Source: a virus (taxonomy: Duplodnaviria > Caudoviricetes). Taken from it: a stretch of DNA of 55,630 bases. Below, in pieces: positions 38,678-48,229 of this stretch. A program made the translations under genes and the position numbers. The notes beneath the pieces are model-generated. The model was not told the DNA's origin, ran no database searches, and saw only the letters and a list, made by a program, of their open reading frames with translations. How positions within the stretch are numbered: the stretch's first letter is position 1; each line of letters opens with the position of its first letter. The DNA is taken from positions 1 through 55,630 of the IMG/VR virus record IMGVR_UViG_3300025930_000003. One strand, written 5' to 3'.

Positions 38678-38938
38678 TCAGAAAAGGACGTGGGCAATTC
38701 AATTAACATTCAACTTATTTAACACTATGATTATTCTATTCTTTGTAGCAATACTTTTTTGGTTAGCTCTTGATTATAAGGAGTAAATTTGTTGCTCTTT
38801 ATTTTAATCTTTGTGCCTTCAAATCAACTAGATATGTTTTTTATTATACTTATATATATAATAATATAATAAAATATTAAGGTATTTAGAGAAAGAAAAA
38901 TTCACTCCTTCCAGTATAACTAAGCATTTAAAAACTCT

Positions 38939-39337
38939 ATGTCAATGAAAGAAGTATCGCTAGAAGATATAAAACAAGCGATGAAGCGACGCGAGGCTGA
39001 GCGACTAGCTAATCCTCTTCCTAAACAATTTATTCCTAGACCAGATAAAAAGATCAAAAAGGAGCCATCTCATAACATTTACGACATTGGTCTACAGGCG
39101 TTTATCCGTCTCTATTGCTTTCGTAACGTAGAATGTTTCTCCATTAAACATCTTAAAGTTCTTCCTGACGATGACCTTAACAATCTCTATAAGAGAGTTA
39201 ACTATTGGACCAAATGTGGCTTTATTGAAAAATTTGATGAATCTACCTACGTAGTTACAGAATCAGCCAAAGCGAAACTAGAAGCTATTTTCGATCTTTT
39301 AAACAAACATCAACATGGTAAAGGAATTGAAGAATGA
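38939..39337 (+). CDS. Winged-helix DNA-binding protein
   Basis: GFIEK-x5-Y-x-x-TE-x-A wing motif. Confidence 0.55.
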   Translation: MSMKEVSLEDIKQAMKRREAERLANPLPKQFIPRPDKKIKKEPSHNIYDIGLQAFIRLYCFRNVECFSIKHLKVLPDDDLNNLYKRVNYWTKCGFIEKFDESTYVVTESAKAKLEAIFDLLNKHQHGKGIEE

Positions 39338-39552
39338 AAGAAAAAGAACTTCGCGGAAGAATTGCTAGACTTAAAACTCAAGGTATCACAGGAGAATATG
39401 AAGTGTTTGTTCGCACAAGAAATAAGCTAGGACAAGTAATAATCTCTCGTATCTTTGAAGTCAAATGTGACCACATAAGCAGAGAATTTACCATCGAGAC
39501 AATCGAAACAGAATATAGCAATCTACCAGAAGATGAACTTACAACAAGCTAA
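39334..39552 (+). CDS. Early hypothetical protein
   Basis: Coupled ORF. Confidence 0.6.
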   Translation: MKEKELRGRIARLKTQGITGEYEVFVRTRNKLGQVIISRIFEVKCDHISREFTIETIETEYSNLPEDELTTS

Positions 39553-39775
39553 ATCATTTCTCTCTTCATGCCATAGAATAGTAATTGAAGAAGATGACGG
39601 AAATTTAGATATTTATTGGTGCCGCACAATCAATTTAGGCTATTGCGCACATGGATACTTCAACAATCACACAATAGAACAAGTAGATATTGGAGACAAT
39701 AGATTTTACTTCAATGATGCAAAAGAACTGAAAGATTGCTTCAAAACATCTCAGACACTTACACCAGAAATATGA
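39533..39775 (+). CDS. Early hypothetical protein
   Basis: Overlapping ORF. Confidence 0.6.
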   Translation: MNLQQAKSFLSSCHRIVIEEDDGNLDIYWCRTINLGYCAHGYFNNHTIEQVDIGDNRFYFNDAKELKDCFKTSQTLTPEI

Positions 39776-39999
39776 AAACATTAGATAATCCAAATGAATG
39801 CTACTATCAAGCCGCACAAGAGCTTTATAGAAGAGCACATGAAAGATACGGTGCTACCTATAATTTTGGTGGGCCAGGATACGAAGATAGAATGAAATAT
39901 TGGGAGAACAAAGCATTAGAGTATTTGACTCTATCACATGAATGTCTTAGAGGCAATAAAGAGGCTATATTGAAATTACTCGCTGAACTTGGTTGTTAG
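39772..39999 (+). CDS. Early hypothetical protein
   Basis: ATGA-coupled start. Confidence 0.6.
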   Translation: MKTLDNPNECYYQAAQELYRRAHERYGATYNFGGPGYEDRMKYWENKALEYLTLSHECLRGNKEAILKLLAELGC

Positions 40000-40028
40000 T
40001 CGCACAAGAACTTAACACAACAAACAAT

Positions 40029-40208
40029 ATGAGAAAAATAATTGTTAGCGAAATGAAAGACTTTAGATTCTGCATAGAGTGGTATGAAGATGATGTTTGT
40101 GTTGGCGGAGCATTTAGCACAAAACCAGACTTAATAGAAGAGGATATAAATTTTCTTCTCCATAGAAGTAGACGAGATTACAGAAAACCAGATGAAAACA
40201 TTAAATGA
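40029..40208 (+). CDS. Early hypothetical protein
   Basis: ATG after an A/C-rich leader. Confidence 0.55.
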   Translation: MRKIIVSEMKDFRFCIEWYEDDVCVGGAFSTKPDLIEEDINFLLHRSRRDYRKPDENIK

Positions 40209-40338
40209 TTTTCTCCGCGCATTACTTTTTATCGAACTCGACGCAATTGATAGAGCAATTTCACAGATGAAAAACAAGAAGCGGGCTAAAATGATTAGAA
40301 GAGCATTTAAAAAACAATGGAAATTTAGCCTAAGATAA
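40192..40338 (+). CDS. Small basic early protein (48 aa, not in ORF track)
   Basis: MKTLNDFLRALLF...; fills gap. Confidence 0.45.
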   Translation: MKTLNDFLRALLFIELDAIDRAISQMKNKKRAKMIRRAFKKQWKFSLR

Positions 40339-40378
40339 TTTCCGCACAAATCAATTGTGCGAAAAAGAAAGGAAACAT

Positions 40379-40732
40379 ATGACTGAAAGAAAAATGGCAA
40401 AAGAGATAGCAGATATTCTATCTAACGAACAAGTAACAAAATACGGTGGAACCATTAAGATAACTGGCGCGGAGTCAGTTAAAGAGACCGCACAAGAACT
40501 TTCTTCTCCAACTGTTGAAAAACCACAAGAGCCTAAATATAAGGTTCTTTTCGAATATGACGAACAAGCAGGCAAATGGGAAGTCTATTGTTATGGTGCG
40601 AAAGATGAATATGAAGCACTAGATATGTTTTGTGCGGTTGTTGTTACAGCTAGAAGTGCGATTCCTAGCCAGAACTACAACAAAGCAATCCTAGAGAATG
40701 GCCGATATAAGATAAGTGTAGGTGTTTTATGA
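40379..40732 (+). CDS. Early hypothetical protein
   Basis: AAGGA before ATG 40379. Confidence 0.65.
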   Translation: MTERKMAKEIADILSNEQVTKYGGTIKITGAESVKETAQELSSPTVEKPQEPKYKVLFEYDEQAGKWEVYCYGAKDEYEALDMFCAVVVTARSAIPSQNYNKAILENGRYKISVGVL

Positions 40733-40877
40733 CATTATATGATCTTAAGTTAGAAGAGAAGTATCTTCTAGATAGATTTGTTCGCACAAGTCCGGACAAC
40801 TTAGAAACAATAAATAGAATCTGGAAAAGACTCAGAAAAGTAAAAGAACTAATCGAAGAGAAAATGAAAGTAGCCAA

Positions 40878-41060
40878 ATGAAAACATGGAATCTATCGGA
40901 GAATGGAATCTTAACACTAGAAGAGAATAATGCAGCTATGATTGTGTCTATTGTTCTCTCTAACGAGCAGAAAGCTAAAATACATAAGGAAGTTGATTTA
41001 GCACTAAGAAGAGAGATTGCAAGACAAAGAGAGACATTTAATACTGTCCTTAAACATTGA
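40878..41060 (+). CDS. Early hypothetical protein
   Basis: Packed ORF. Confidence 0.55.
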   Translation: MKTWNLSENGILTLEENNAAMIVSIVLSNEQKAKIHKEVDLALRREIARQRETFNTVLKH

Positions 41061-41072
41061 CCACACAAGAAC

Positions 41073-41285
41073 ATGAAAAAGAAACTACCAATCTATATTG
41101 TTTGGATTCTATTCAATAATAGATATACTTACTTTTCCGCACACTCCTGTTTGAAGGAAGCGACTTCATTCTCAAATAAGTTCCTAAATAGAGATATTCT
41201 ATCTAAAGTTACAGAACATTGGCTAGAACTGGAAAATATTCTTGAGACAACAGATGGAGATTTAATCAAGAATCTAAATCTATGA
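41073..41285 (+). CDS. Early hypothetical protein
   Basis: Packed ORF. Confidence 0.55.
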   Translation: MKKKLPIYIVWILFNNRYTYFSAHSCLKEATSFSNKFLNRDILSKVTEHWLELENILETTDGDLIKNLNL

Positions 41286-41473
41286 AAAAGAAATACATGA
41301 TAGTTATGTTTGATACTGAAACAGGTTTAGTTAAACATCCAGAAGAAATATGGGATAACTATAGACATGTTAGTGCTAGCTTTAAAGACTTATATTCTTC
41401 AGAAGAGTCCGCACTAGAACATGCAACTGAACATGGATTAAGCTATTTCTCTATTATTCCGGTCTACTATTAA
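41282..41473 (+). CDS. Early hypothetical protein
   Basis: ATGA-coupled ORF. Confidence 0.55.
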   Translation: MKKKYMIVMFDTETGLVKHPEEIWDNYRHVSASFKDLYSSEESALEHATEHGLSYFSIIPVYY

Positions 41474-41726
41474 CCGCACAAAGAGACTATTCCGCACAAG
41501 AGCTTTCTTGCACAAAAAGAACAACAAAACAAACATATGAAAAAACATCACGAAGACCTAAAAAGTCTAGTTAAAACTGGACAAATAACAGCAAAAGAAG
41601 CTCTAGATAGATTAATTTCTAGAGCTAAAGATAGCAAACAAGCATCTGAATCAATGACCGCCAGATGGTTAAGAGCTAGAATTTTGACTCACGCAGACAA
41701 CTATAGAACATAGAAAGGAGGTAAAT

Positions 41727-41870
41727 ATGATTCGCCGTATTACATCATTCGGTTATATCTGGTTTAAAGAAGGCAAGCAAGTTGCTTGTCAAGTTGGACA
41801 CAATTGGAATGGAGAGACTCTCTCCATTCAAGAGAAGCGTATTCTTAGGAAACTAGCAAGTAAGAGCTAA
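41727..41870 (+). CDS. 47-aa early protein (not in ORF track)
   Basis: Strong AAGGAGGT RBS; followed by a hairpin. Confidence 0.6.
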   Translation: MIRRITSFGYIWFKEGKQVACQVGHNWNGETLSIQEKRILRKLASKS

Positions 41871-41875
41871 AATGT

Positions 41876-41917
41876 CTGGAGCGGTAACTTCTTACAAACT
41901 ACCGCTTCAGCAATTTT
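41876..41917 (+). terminator. Terminator-like hairpin
   Basis: CTGGAGCGGTA/TACCGCTTCAG then CAATTTT. Confidence 0.5.
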
Positions 41918-41951
41918 AACTCATACCGCACAAGTCAACTATAGAAACATT

Positions 41952-42134
41952 ATGTATAGATTCATTCTTCAATACATTATAGTATCTAGAGAATATGGTT
42001 TCAGACCATATTTTTATGCACTTACTTTCTGTAATAGAATCTCTCTAGAGAATTATAAACAAGATAACACAGTAGCTTTCTATCAATATGATTTAACAGC
42101 GGAAGAGATCGGTCAATTACTAGGAGGAAACTAA
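41952..42134 (+). CDS. Early hypothetical protein
   Basis: 60-aa ORF. Confidence 0.5.
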   Translation: MYRFILQYIIVSREYGFRPYFYALTFCNRISLENYKQDNTVAFYQYDLTAEEIGQLLGGN

Positions 42135-42233
42135 TATGTATAACTTCATTCACAAATATAAAGATCAAGTATTTCTATCTTGGCAAGATGATCTATGGGA
42201 ATGTTGGATTGATGTGCTTTCAGAATGTGGTGA

Positions 42234-42542
42234 ATGGATGACAACAGAAGAAGTAGGACAATACCTTGGAGGAAACTAAAAATGATAAGCAAAGAACTAG
42301 AGATGGCTATAGTTGTTCGCTATAGGGAAATAACACCAAAAGAACAAGCAGAAGAGCTTTTTGACTTCGCACAAAAGCTTACTGAAATAATATCTTCTCA
42401 CGCAACAGAGAAGAAATATTCATCTGCTTCTATGGTTACTTTAATGTATCTTGTTAGCGAAACATTTCATGAACAAGCTAGAGAAAAGATAGAGAAGAAC
42501 GCGGTAGAACTATACAAGAAAATACTAGAAGGAAACAAATGA
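42234..42542 (+). CDS. Early hypothetical protein
   Basis: ORF; true start probably the internal ATG after GGAGG. Confidence 0.55.
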   Translation: MDDNRRSRTIPWRKLKMISKELEMAIVVRYREITPKEQAEELFDFAQKLTEIISSHATEKKYSSASMVTLMYLVSETFHEQAREKIEKNAVELYKKILEGNK

Positions 42543-42769
42543 TAACAGAAGCACATAAACTACAATCCGCACAAATCTTTCTTACTCTTCCAAAAGAGAG
42601 ACAAGATTTAATAGACAACTTCTACAATAAGTTGGGCAAAGAGATACTAGACTTTGTTAGGGAGAACAAGTTAGTAACAGCAGAAATAATTGTTCTTCTA
42701 GATACTTTATCAAGCAAATTTTACGAAGCTCTAGAAGATGATTATAAAGAACATATAAAGAAAAGTTAG
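42539..42769 (+). CDS. Early hypothetical protein
   Basis: ATGA-coupled ORF. Confidence 0.55.
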   Translation: MITEAHKLQSAQIFLTLPKERQDLIDNFYNKLGKEILDFVRENKLVTAEIIVLLDTLSSKFYEALEDDYKEHIKKS

Positions 42770-42788
42770 AGTAAAGATAAAGACCACT

Positions 42789-42804
42789 TGGCACAGTTCT
42801 TGCT
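42789..42804 (+). promoter_or_regulatory. Sigma54 promoter (consensus match)
   Basis: TGGCACAGTTCTTGCT, intergenic. Confidence 0.85.
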
Positions 42805-42958
42805 TACATGGGTCTATCAATTTGCACTTCAAATATTAAAAAGAATGATTTAATTTCCAAAAGGAAAACAGAACCAGTTAAAATTCTCCGCGCGAACATT
42901 TTTAATTGGTTCTGCAACAAAACAAACAAGTAGTTCGCGTAGAAAAGAAAGAAATCCT

Positions 42959-43588
42959 ATGAAGGAATTCGAAGTCAAAGTAAAGAAAGAGATAGAGATA
43001 GAGAAGGAGGTTGACGGTAAGAAAGTTAAGGAGAAAGAGACAGTTGAAACTCCTGTCGCGATTGCGCCTATTAAGGTGCAGAAAGGAAAAGGTAGGGGTT
43101 CAGAATATCTAGCTCCTAAGAACGTCAGCACATTAACATTGAAAGATTTGCTTGCAATGTTTAGTGAAGCAGATCTCGTCAATAAGTTGTTCCGTCCTAA
43201 ATTCAAGCAGTTTTGTGCTACCATCTCGGCGGAAGCCGGGTATGAAGCAGGAAAAAGAACTGCAAGTGATGTGAAAGCGGCTAAAAAGGAAGGAAAAATC
43301 ATCCAAGAATGTGGAATCCAAGATGAGGAGAAATTCTACGACGCATTTAGTCGTATGTTTTCCTCTCTTTCTGCTAGAGGTGAAACTGTTGCTGGATTAA
43401 GCAGACAACAGAATGAACTTCTTGCAGAATTTGGTGATCTGGATGAAAATGCTCCAGACTTCGCAGTTCGTTCTGCTGCGATCTTCAGGGAAATCAAGAA
43501 GATCCGTGAAGCACTTGCTGAAAAGAACACTGAATCAGAAGGTGATGATTCAGAAGAAGAAGGAAAACCAGAAGCGGTTGCTGCTTAA
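42959..43588 (+). CDS. Monocistronic charged protein, unknown function
   Basis: Bracketed by a consensus sigma54 promoter and a terminator; acidic tail. Confidence 0.8.
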   Translation: MKEFEVKVKKEIEIEKEVDGKKVKEKETVETPVAIAPIKVQKGKGRGSEYLAPKNVSTLTLKDLLAMFSEADLVNKLFRPKFKQFCATISAEAGYEAGKRTASDVKAAKKEGKIIQECGIQDEEKFYDAFSRMFSSLSARGETVAGLSRQQNELLAEFGDLDENAPDFAVRSAAIFREIKKIREALAEKNTESEGDDSEEEGKPEAVAA

Positions 43589-43604
43589 ACATCAGCAAAA
43601 CATT

Positions 43605-43641
43605 GAAAGGGAAGTAATTAATTTTACTTCCCTTTCTTTTT
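43605..43641 (+). terminator. Intrinsic terminator
   Basis: 13-bp stem GAAAGGGAAGTAA/TTACTTCCCTTTC plus T run. Confidence 0.85.
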
Positions 43642-43655
43642 CCTTATTTAAATTT

Positions 43656-43838
43656 ATGTGTATAATATTAGATTTAACACAACAAGTAAGTATTAAAGAC
43701 GGATCAGTAGTAGATCAAGTTAATGTGCGAATTGAAGGCAATTTACAAACATTAACTAAAGATCAAATTGATCTTATAGAAGAAAAGTTAGATTGGGCAA
43801 TAGATATATTAGGTTTAAATAATATAAATAAAAGATAA
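43656..43838 (+). CDS. Hypothetical protein
   Basis: Start placed after the terminator. Confidence 0.5.
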   Translation: MCIILDLTQQVSIKDGSVVDQVNVRIEGNLQTLTKDQIDLIEEKLDWAIDILGLNNINKR

Positions 43839-43839
43839 T

Positions 43840-44286
43840 ATGCCGCACAAGAACTCAGAAAGTATTGGAAAATCATTACATTCTGATGGATTACCGCACA
43901 AAGAAATAGAACATAAGGAAATAGATCCAGAAGGTCTAAAACAAGGACTTGGTAGAATAACTAGAGCTAGACCTTTAACCGAAGAAGAGAAAACTTCTCT
44001 AAAGATAAAGAAACAAATTCTAGATATGGGAAAATCTTTTACCCTAAAAAGTAATTCAACTCCTTTTAGTCCAGCACCAGACAAACCAATTGTTGTTATA
44101 AAAGAAATGCAAGACATTACCGCACCAGAAACTGTAGAGATACAGATAAGATCTGATGCTAAAACAATCTGGATAAACATTGACGGAATCTGTAGACTAA
44201 GAGCTTGCCGAATTAAGAACTTAGTCCTAATTGACGAACATTCTAAAAGAACCATAGTATATCCTACAAATGAAACTAGCACTTGA
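43840..44286 (+). CDS. Hypothetical protein
   Basis: 148-aa ORF. Confidence 0.65.
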   Translation: MPHKNSESIGKSLHSDGLPHKEIEHKEIDPEGLKQGLGRITRARPLTEEEKTSLKIKKQILDMGKSFTLKSNSTPFSPAPDKPIVVIKEMQDITAPETVEIQIRSDAKTIWINIDGICRLRACRIKNLVLIDEHSKRTIVYPTNETST

Positions 44287-44617
44287 AAAATTAGAAAAAT
44301 GGGCAGAATCATTACCAGATGACAAGGTAATTGATTTCTTAGATAATAATAATTGTGTTATCTGTCAATTCATAAGAGATACAACAGGAATGGCCGCATC
44401 TGCTAGTGCTACTAATTTCTATGTATATCCTAGTGGTATTTCTCGTGAAGGAGAAGTTATATCTCGAAGAATAGAGCCAGAAATTATTGAAATATTAATT
44501 AAAGCAAGAAATCCTAGTATTGGTGAATATTCAAATGATATAACAAAAGAAAGACTATTAAACGCAATTAGGAAGGTAAAAAATGAATTTACCACAACTA
44601 ACTCTTCCGCTTCTTGA
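44270..44617 (+). CDS. Hypothetical protein
   Basis: Overlapping ORF. Confidence 0.65.
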   Translation: MKLALEKLEKWAESLPDDKVIDFLDNNNCVICQFIRDTTGMAASASATNFYVYPSGISREGEVISRRIEPEIIEILIKARNPSIGEYSNDITKERLLNAIRKVKNEFTTTNSSAS

Positions 44618-45053
44618 TAAGTTTCTCTCACTTAGCATAGGATATAGAGACTATCTAGAAATAGATGATGAGGGAATTCTTAGTCTAGTTTCTATTATTG
44701 ACAACGAAGAGCAACTTTATCATGTAGAAGGAAAGAAAGTCTACAAGAAAAAAGCTTGGCTAAAAGATCTAGATAGACTCGCTCGTTCTAGAAGAGAACA
44801 TGAAGAACTAATGACAATAAAAGATGCCCGCGTTAGAAAATTAAAGGAGCTACAAATTAGACTTTCAGAAGAATTTGGTGTAGATAAGGACAATGAGATA
44901 ATAATTAAGATGGCTCTCAATATAATTAGGCGCGGCAAAGAGAAAACTGCTAATATGTTAGGGGTTGATATAGATAATGTTCCTACTATGCCAAGCAGCT
45001 ACTATATTCTTGACTATCCAACTACTGATGGAACAATGGAGATTAAACTATGA
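44583..45053 (+). CDS. Hypothetical protein
   Basis: Overlapping ORF. Confidence 0.65.
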   Translation: MNLPQLTLPLLDKFLSLSIGYRDYLEIDDEGILSLVSIIDNEEQLYHVEGKKVYKKKAWLKDLDRLARSRREHEELMTIKDARVRKLKELQIRLSEEFGVDKDNEIIIKMALNIIRRGKEKTANMLGVDIDNVPTMPSSYYILDYPTTDGTMEIKL

Positions 45054-45328
45054 AAAGAGATTGCGGAAATGGAGAATTAGTTCCAGTCAAATATGAAGTT
45101 GTCTATTGTGTTGGCGAACATAGCGATGATGAAATTGTGCTAGAACGTAGAACATTTAATGAAGCTAAAGAAGTTTTTCAATCAAAACTTCCAGAGATAC
45201 AAGCTACTCGTTGTAGTAATCTTAGACTATATGCTCTAGATAAACAGGGATATGCTAATTGTATTATATCTTATACACATTGTAAAAATGGAGAAAAAAC
45301 AATAAATGACCGCACAAATGAATTATGA
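45050..45328 (+). CDS. Hypothetical protein
   Basis: ATGA-coupled ORF. Confidence 0.6.
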   Translation: MKRDCGNGELVPVKYEVVYCVGEHSDDEIVLERRTFNEAKEVFQSKLPEIQATRCSNLRLYALDKQGYANCIISYTHCKNGEKTINDRTNEL

Positions 45329-45504
45329 TAGTAAAAATAACAGTAACTGGTAAAATAGTTTCTGACGAACCTATTGAAGCTCAATTAGAACTACCACCTA
45401 ACTGGAATCCAAACATAAAAGAGGTTTTCATAGTTAAAGGAGCAATATCTAGATTAGTAGACGAACTAAGTGAACATTTCCCTAAAATAAGTGGATAGAC
45501 TATT

Positions 45505-47757
45505 ATGTCAAGAAAAGCTAAAGTAAAAGTAATTACTCTAGAAGATGAGATAAAGAAACTTATTCCTTGTCTTAATCAAGCGAAGTCTAGGTTCTCCTTT
45601 CACAAAGAGGAAAGAACCTATGGCTTTCTCGCACTAAACTTTGGTATAACAATAAAAGATCCAGTTTTAAAGAACAGACCAATAGTCTTTGAAGATATCA
45701 ATTTGTTTCATAGTCAGTTAATAGTTAGATTAAAGGATAAATATGACATCAGAAAATACATCGGTGATAGAAAAGTTGAAGTGCTTGAGGGAAGTAGTGA
45801 GCCACAAGGAGAAATGGGGGGAAATATTGGAATTATCCCCAGCGGAGAAAGAAGCGATACTCCAGAAGCACATGACAGCGAGAATGTTAGTAGAGAAGTA
45901 TCTAGGATTGAAAAGAAAGATGAAGAAGTCAAAGAGATTGATAGCTTCACACTTGAAGAAAGAAATAAAGAAACGGAATCGCACTTTGATTCGATATTTG
46001 TTGCTAAGTGGCCAGATCAGAAAGCTAACTTACTGAAGCAAAAAGATGGTTGTGAGCAACTAGAGACTGCCCGCAAACTTTTTAATGAGATCTGGTATAA
46101 TCTTAAACCAGGTTTCTTGTTAAATGCTCAAACTGGAGCAGGAAAAACTTACATAGTCGGTTCCGTAATAAAGAATCTACTAAATCATGGACTATTAGAG
46201 AAGGCTAGATGTATTAGTCCAATACCGATTGCTTACATTACTAAAACTTCTATTGTAGAACAGACAGAGAATGATGTTCTAAAAGAGGCTTTCAATCTAG
46301 ATGTTGTCAACACAGTTCATGTTTTCAACATAGAGACTCTTCGATCTAAGTTTGGTAAGTTGTTCGTAAAGGAACGAATTAACGTAGTCAATGGACAAGA
46401 GACTATAGAATATGAATGGAATCCTAACATTGTTCCATGTCTCTTTATCTGGGACGAATGTCAGATTCTAGCTAGAGAAGAATCTATTCAGTCCAAGATA
46501 GCACAAGCAGTTAGCAGGGTGAAGAATAAAACTATTATTCAAATCTTTATGTCAGCTACTCCATTTTCCCGCGTTTACGAAGCTAGATGTTTCGCTGTAG
46601 CTACTCATACTACATTCTTTTTCGGTATGGGAGAAGTAGAACTTACTGATAGAAACTGGAAACAGTTCTCTCATCAAATTGCTGCGCCATCAGATCCAAT
46701 GGATTATTGTGAAGCAGCTATTAAGAGATTTGTAGAAAAAATGGATCCTTATATTCTACGAATTAAGAACATAAGGCCAAAACATAGAGCCTTCAATGGT
46801 GTAAGCAAGATATTCTTCAGAACAGACGAAGAGAGGCTTGAATATGAGACAGCTTGGGAACGATATCAAAAAGAGAAAGCGAAGATAGAAGAAGAGTCTC
46901 TTAGGACAGGAGAAGGTTCCTATTTCCAGCTTTTAGCACAATTGACTATTATGAGAAAAGCTGCTGAAAAATGCAGACGTTATCATCTAGCAGAATTTAT
47001 GCACAAAAGTTGGTTAGCTGGTAAAGCTCCTGTATGCGTTGTCGCTTTCAAAGGAACAATTACTGGAGCATATAGAATTCTAGTAGAAGATTATGGTTGG
47101 TGCCGCGACGATGTTTCAATCATTTGGGGTGGTTCAGTAGAGTCAATGAATCTGAAGAAGAAAGTAGGATTGAAGATCAAGAACAATAAAGCTTTCCAGG
47201 AAGCAATGAAGGAAGCGGACATTGATTTACAAGAACTTGGTTTCGATCTAGAGAATCTAGAAGTTAAGACAGAAGAGCAGATAGCTTTTGAGAAGCTACA
47301 TAATCTTCTCACACAAGATCCAGAGTCAAGAGAGAAAGAGAGAATAAGATTCCAGAAGCAGAAATCCAGAGGATTATTCTTAACCTTTAAATCTGGTGGA
47401 GTAGGACTTTCTGCACACCATCAATATCCTGAAGCAAAACAGAGAGAAACACTATTAACTCCTGTCTATTCAGAAAAGGAACTTGTTCAAGGTTTAGGAC
47501 GTTGTCCTAGAATTACTTCTTTAACAGACACATATCAATTCATGTGCTACTATGTAGGAACAATTGAGGAAGCGGTTGCACAAAGAGTTGTTATGAAGTT
47601 GAAGAATCTTAAGCATGTAGTTAAGATGAAAGAGGCTTGGGAAGATATATTTACAGGGAAGAAAGTTCAACTCAAGCAAGATGATGAAGAAACTATGGAT
47701 ATGGTAGATGAATTTGAAGGTGGTAACTCAATGCTAGAATATGTGGAGGAAAAATAA
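45505..47757 (+). CDS. Superfamily 2 helicase
   Basis: AQTGAGKT, DECQ, SATP, SGGVGLS, QGLGR-x-x-R. Confidence 0.85.
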   Translation: MSRKAKVKVITLEDEIKKLIPCLNQAKSRFSFHKEERTYGFLALNFGITIKDPVLKNRPIVFEDINLFHSQLIVRLKDKYDIRKYIGDRKVEVLEGSSEPQGEMGGNIGIIPSGERSDTPEAHDSENVSREVSRIEKKDEEVKEIDSFTLEERNKETESHFDSIFVAKWPDQKANLLKQKDGCEQLETARKLFNEIWYNLKPGFLLNAQTGAGKTYIVGSVIKNLLNHGLLEKARCISPIPIAYITKTSIVEQTENDVLKEAFNLDVVNTVHVFNIETLRSKFGKLFVKERINVVNGQETIEYEWNPNIVPCLFIWDECQILAREESIQSKIAQAVSRVKNKTIIQIFMSATPFSRVYEARCFAVATHTTFFFGMGEVELTDRNWKQFSHQIAAPSDPMDYCEAAIKRFVEKMDPYILRIKNIRPKHRAFNGVSKIFFRTDEERLEYETAWERYQKEKAKIEEESLRTGEGSYFQLLAQLTIMRKAAEKCRRYHLAEFMHKSWLAGKAPVCVVAFKGTITGAYRILVEDYGWCRDDVSIIWGGSVESMNLKKKVGLKIKNNKAFQEAMKEADIDLQELGFDLENLEVKTEEQIAFEKLHNLLTQDPESREKERIRFQKQKSRGLFLTFKSGGVGLSAHHQYPEAKQRETLLTPVYSEKELVQGLGRCPRITSLTDTYQFMCYYVGTIEEAVAQRVVMKLKNLKHVVKMKEAWEDIFTGKKVQLKQDDEETMDMVDEFEGGNSMLEYVEEK

Positions 47758-48229
47758 TATGGCAAAAGTATTAGATAATAAAGAAGTTCTTGATAAAATC
47801 TTATCTAGAATTGTTCCACATCTTAATGGATGTTGGATATATCATGGAACTTTTGATGAATATGGTTATGCTAGAATAAGACATAGATATAAATATTGGA
47901 GAGTTTCTAGATTAATATACAAACTAACCTTTCCTAAACTATATAAAGAAGAATTAAATACTTTACATAAATGTGACAATCCAGCATGTGTTAATCCAGA
48001 ACATTTATTTCAAGGAACTCAGGCTGATAATATAGAAGATATGATAAGTAAAGGCAGACATAGTATAGAGGGTAGAGCTAAAGCATTTTTAACTGAAGAC
48101 CAAGTTAGAGAAATCAGAAGTTTAATTAAACAAGGAGTAAAGCAAATAGATATAGCGAAAAGATTTGATGTAACAGACTCAATTATTTCAAATATAAATA
48201 AGAATAGAATTCATAGAAATGTTATATGA
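47741..48229 (+). CDS. HNH endonuclease with C-terminal HTH
   Basis: GCW, HKCDNPACVNPEHL, NIEDM, IAKRF-x-V. Confidence 0.9.
   Translation: MWRKNNMAKVLDNKEVLDKILSRIVPHLNGCWIYHGTFDEYGYARIRHRYKYWRVSRLIYKLTFPKLYKEELNTLHKCDNPACVNPEHLFQGTQADNIEDMISKGRHSIEGRAKAFLTEDQVREIRSLIKQGVKQIDIAKRFDVTDSIISNINKNRIHRNVI

Larger units (their letters stand above)
38120..45317 (+). repeat. Dispersed co-oriented YCGCACAA motif (16 exact copies)
   Basis: CGCACAA at 38121, 39412, 39623, 39813, 40001, 40343, 40489, 40783, 41475, 41493, 41927, 42368, 42568, 43844, 43895, 45311. Confidence 0.85.

Noticed and set aside
41470-41520. CRISPR mini-array
   Set aside because: Repeats only about 8 nt with about 10-nt spacing; no cas operon, and the Cas4-like nuclease sits in a Sak4 recombination module
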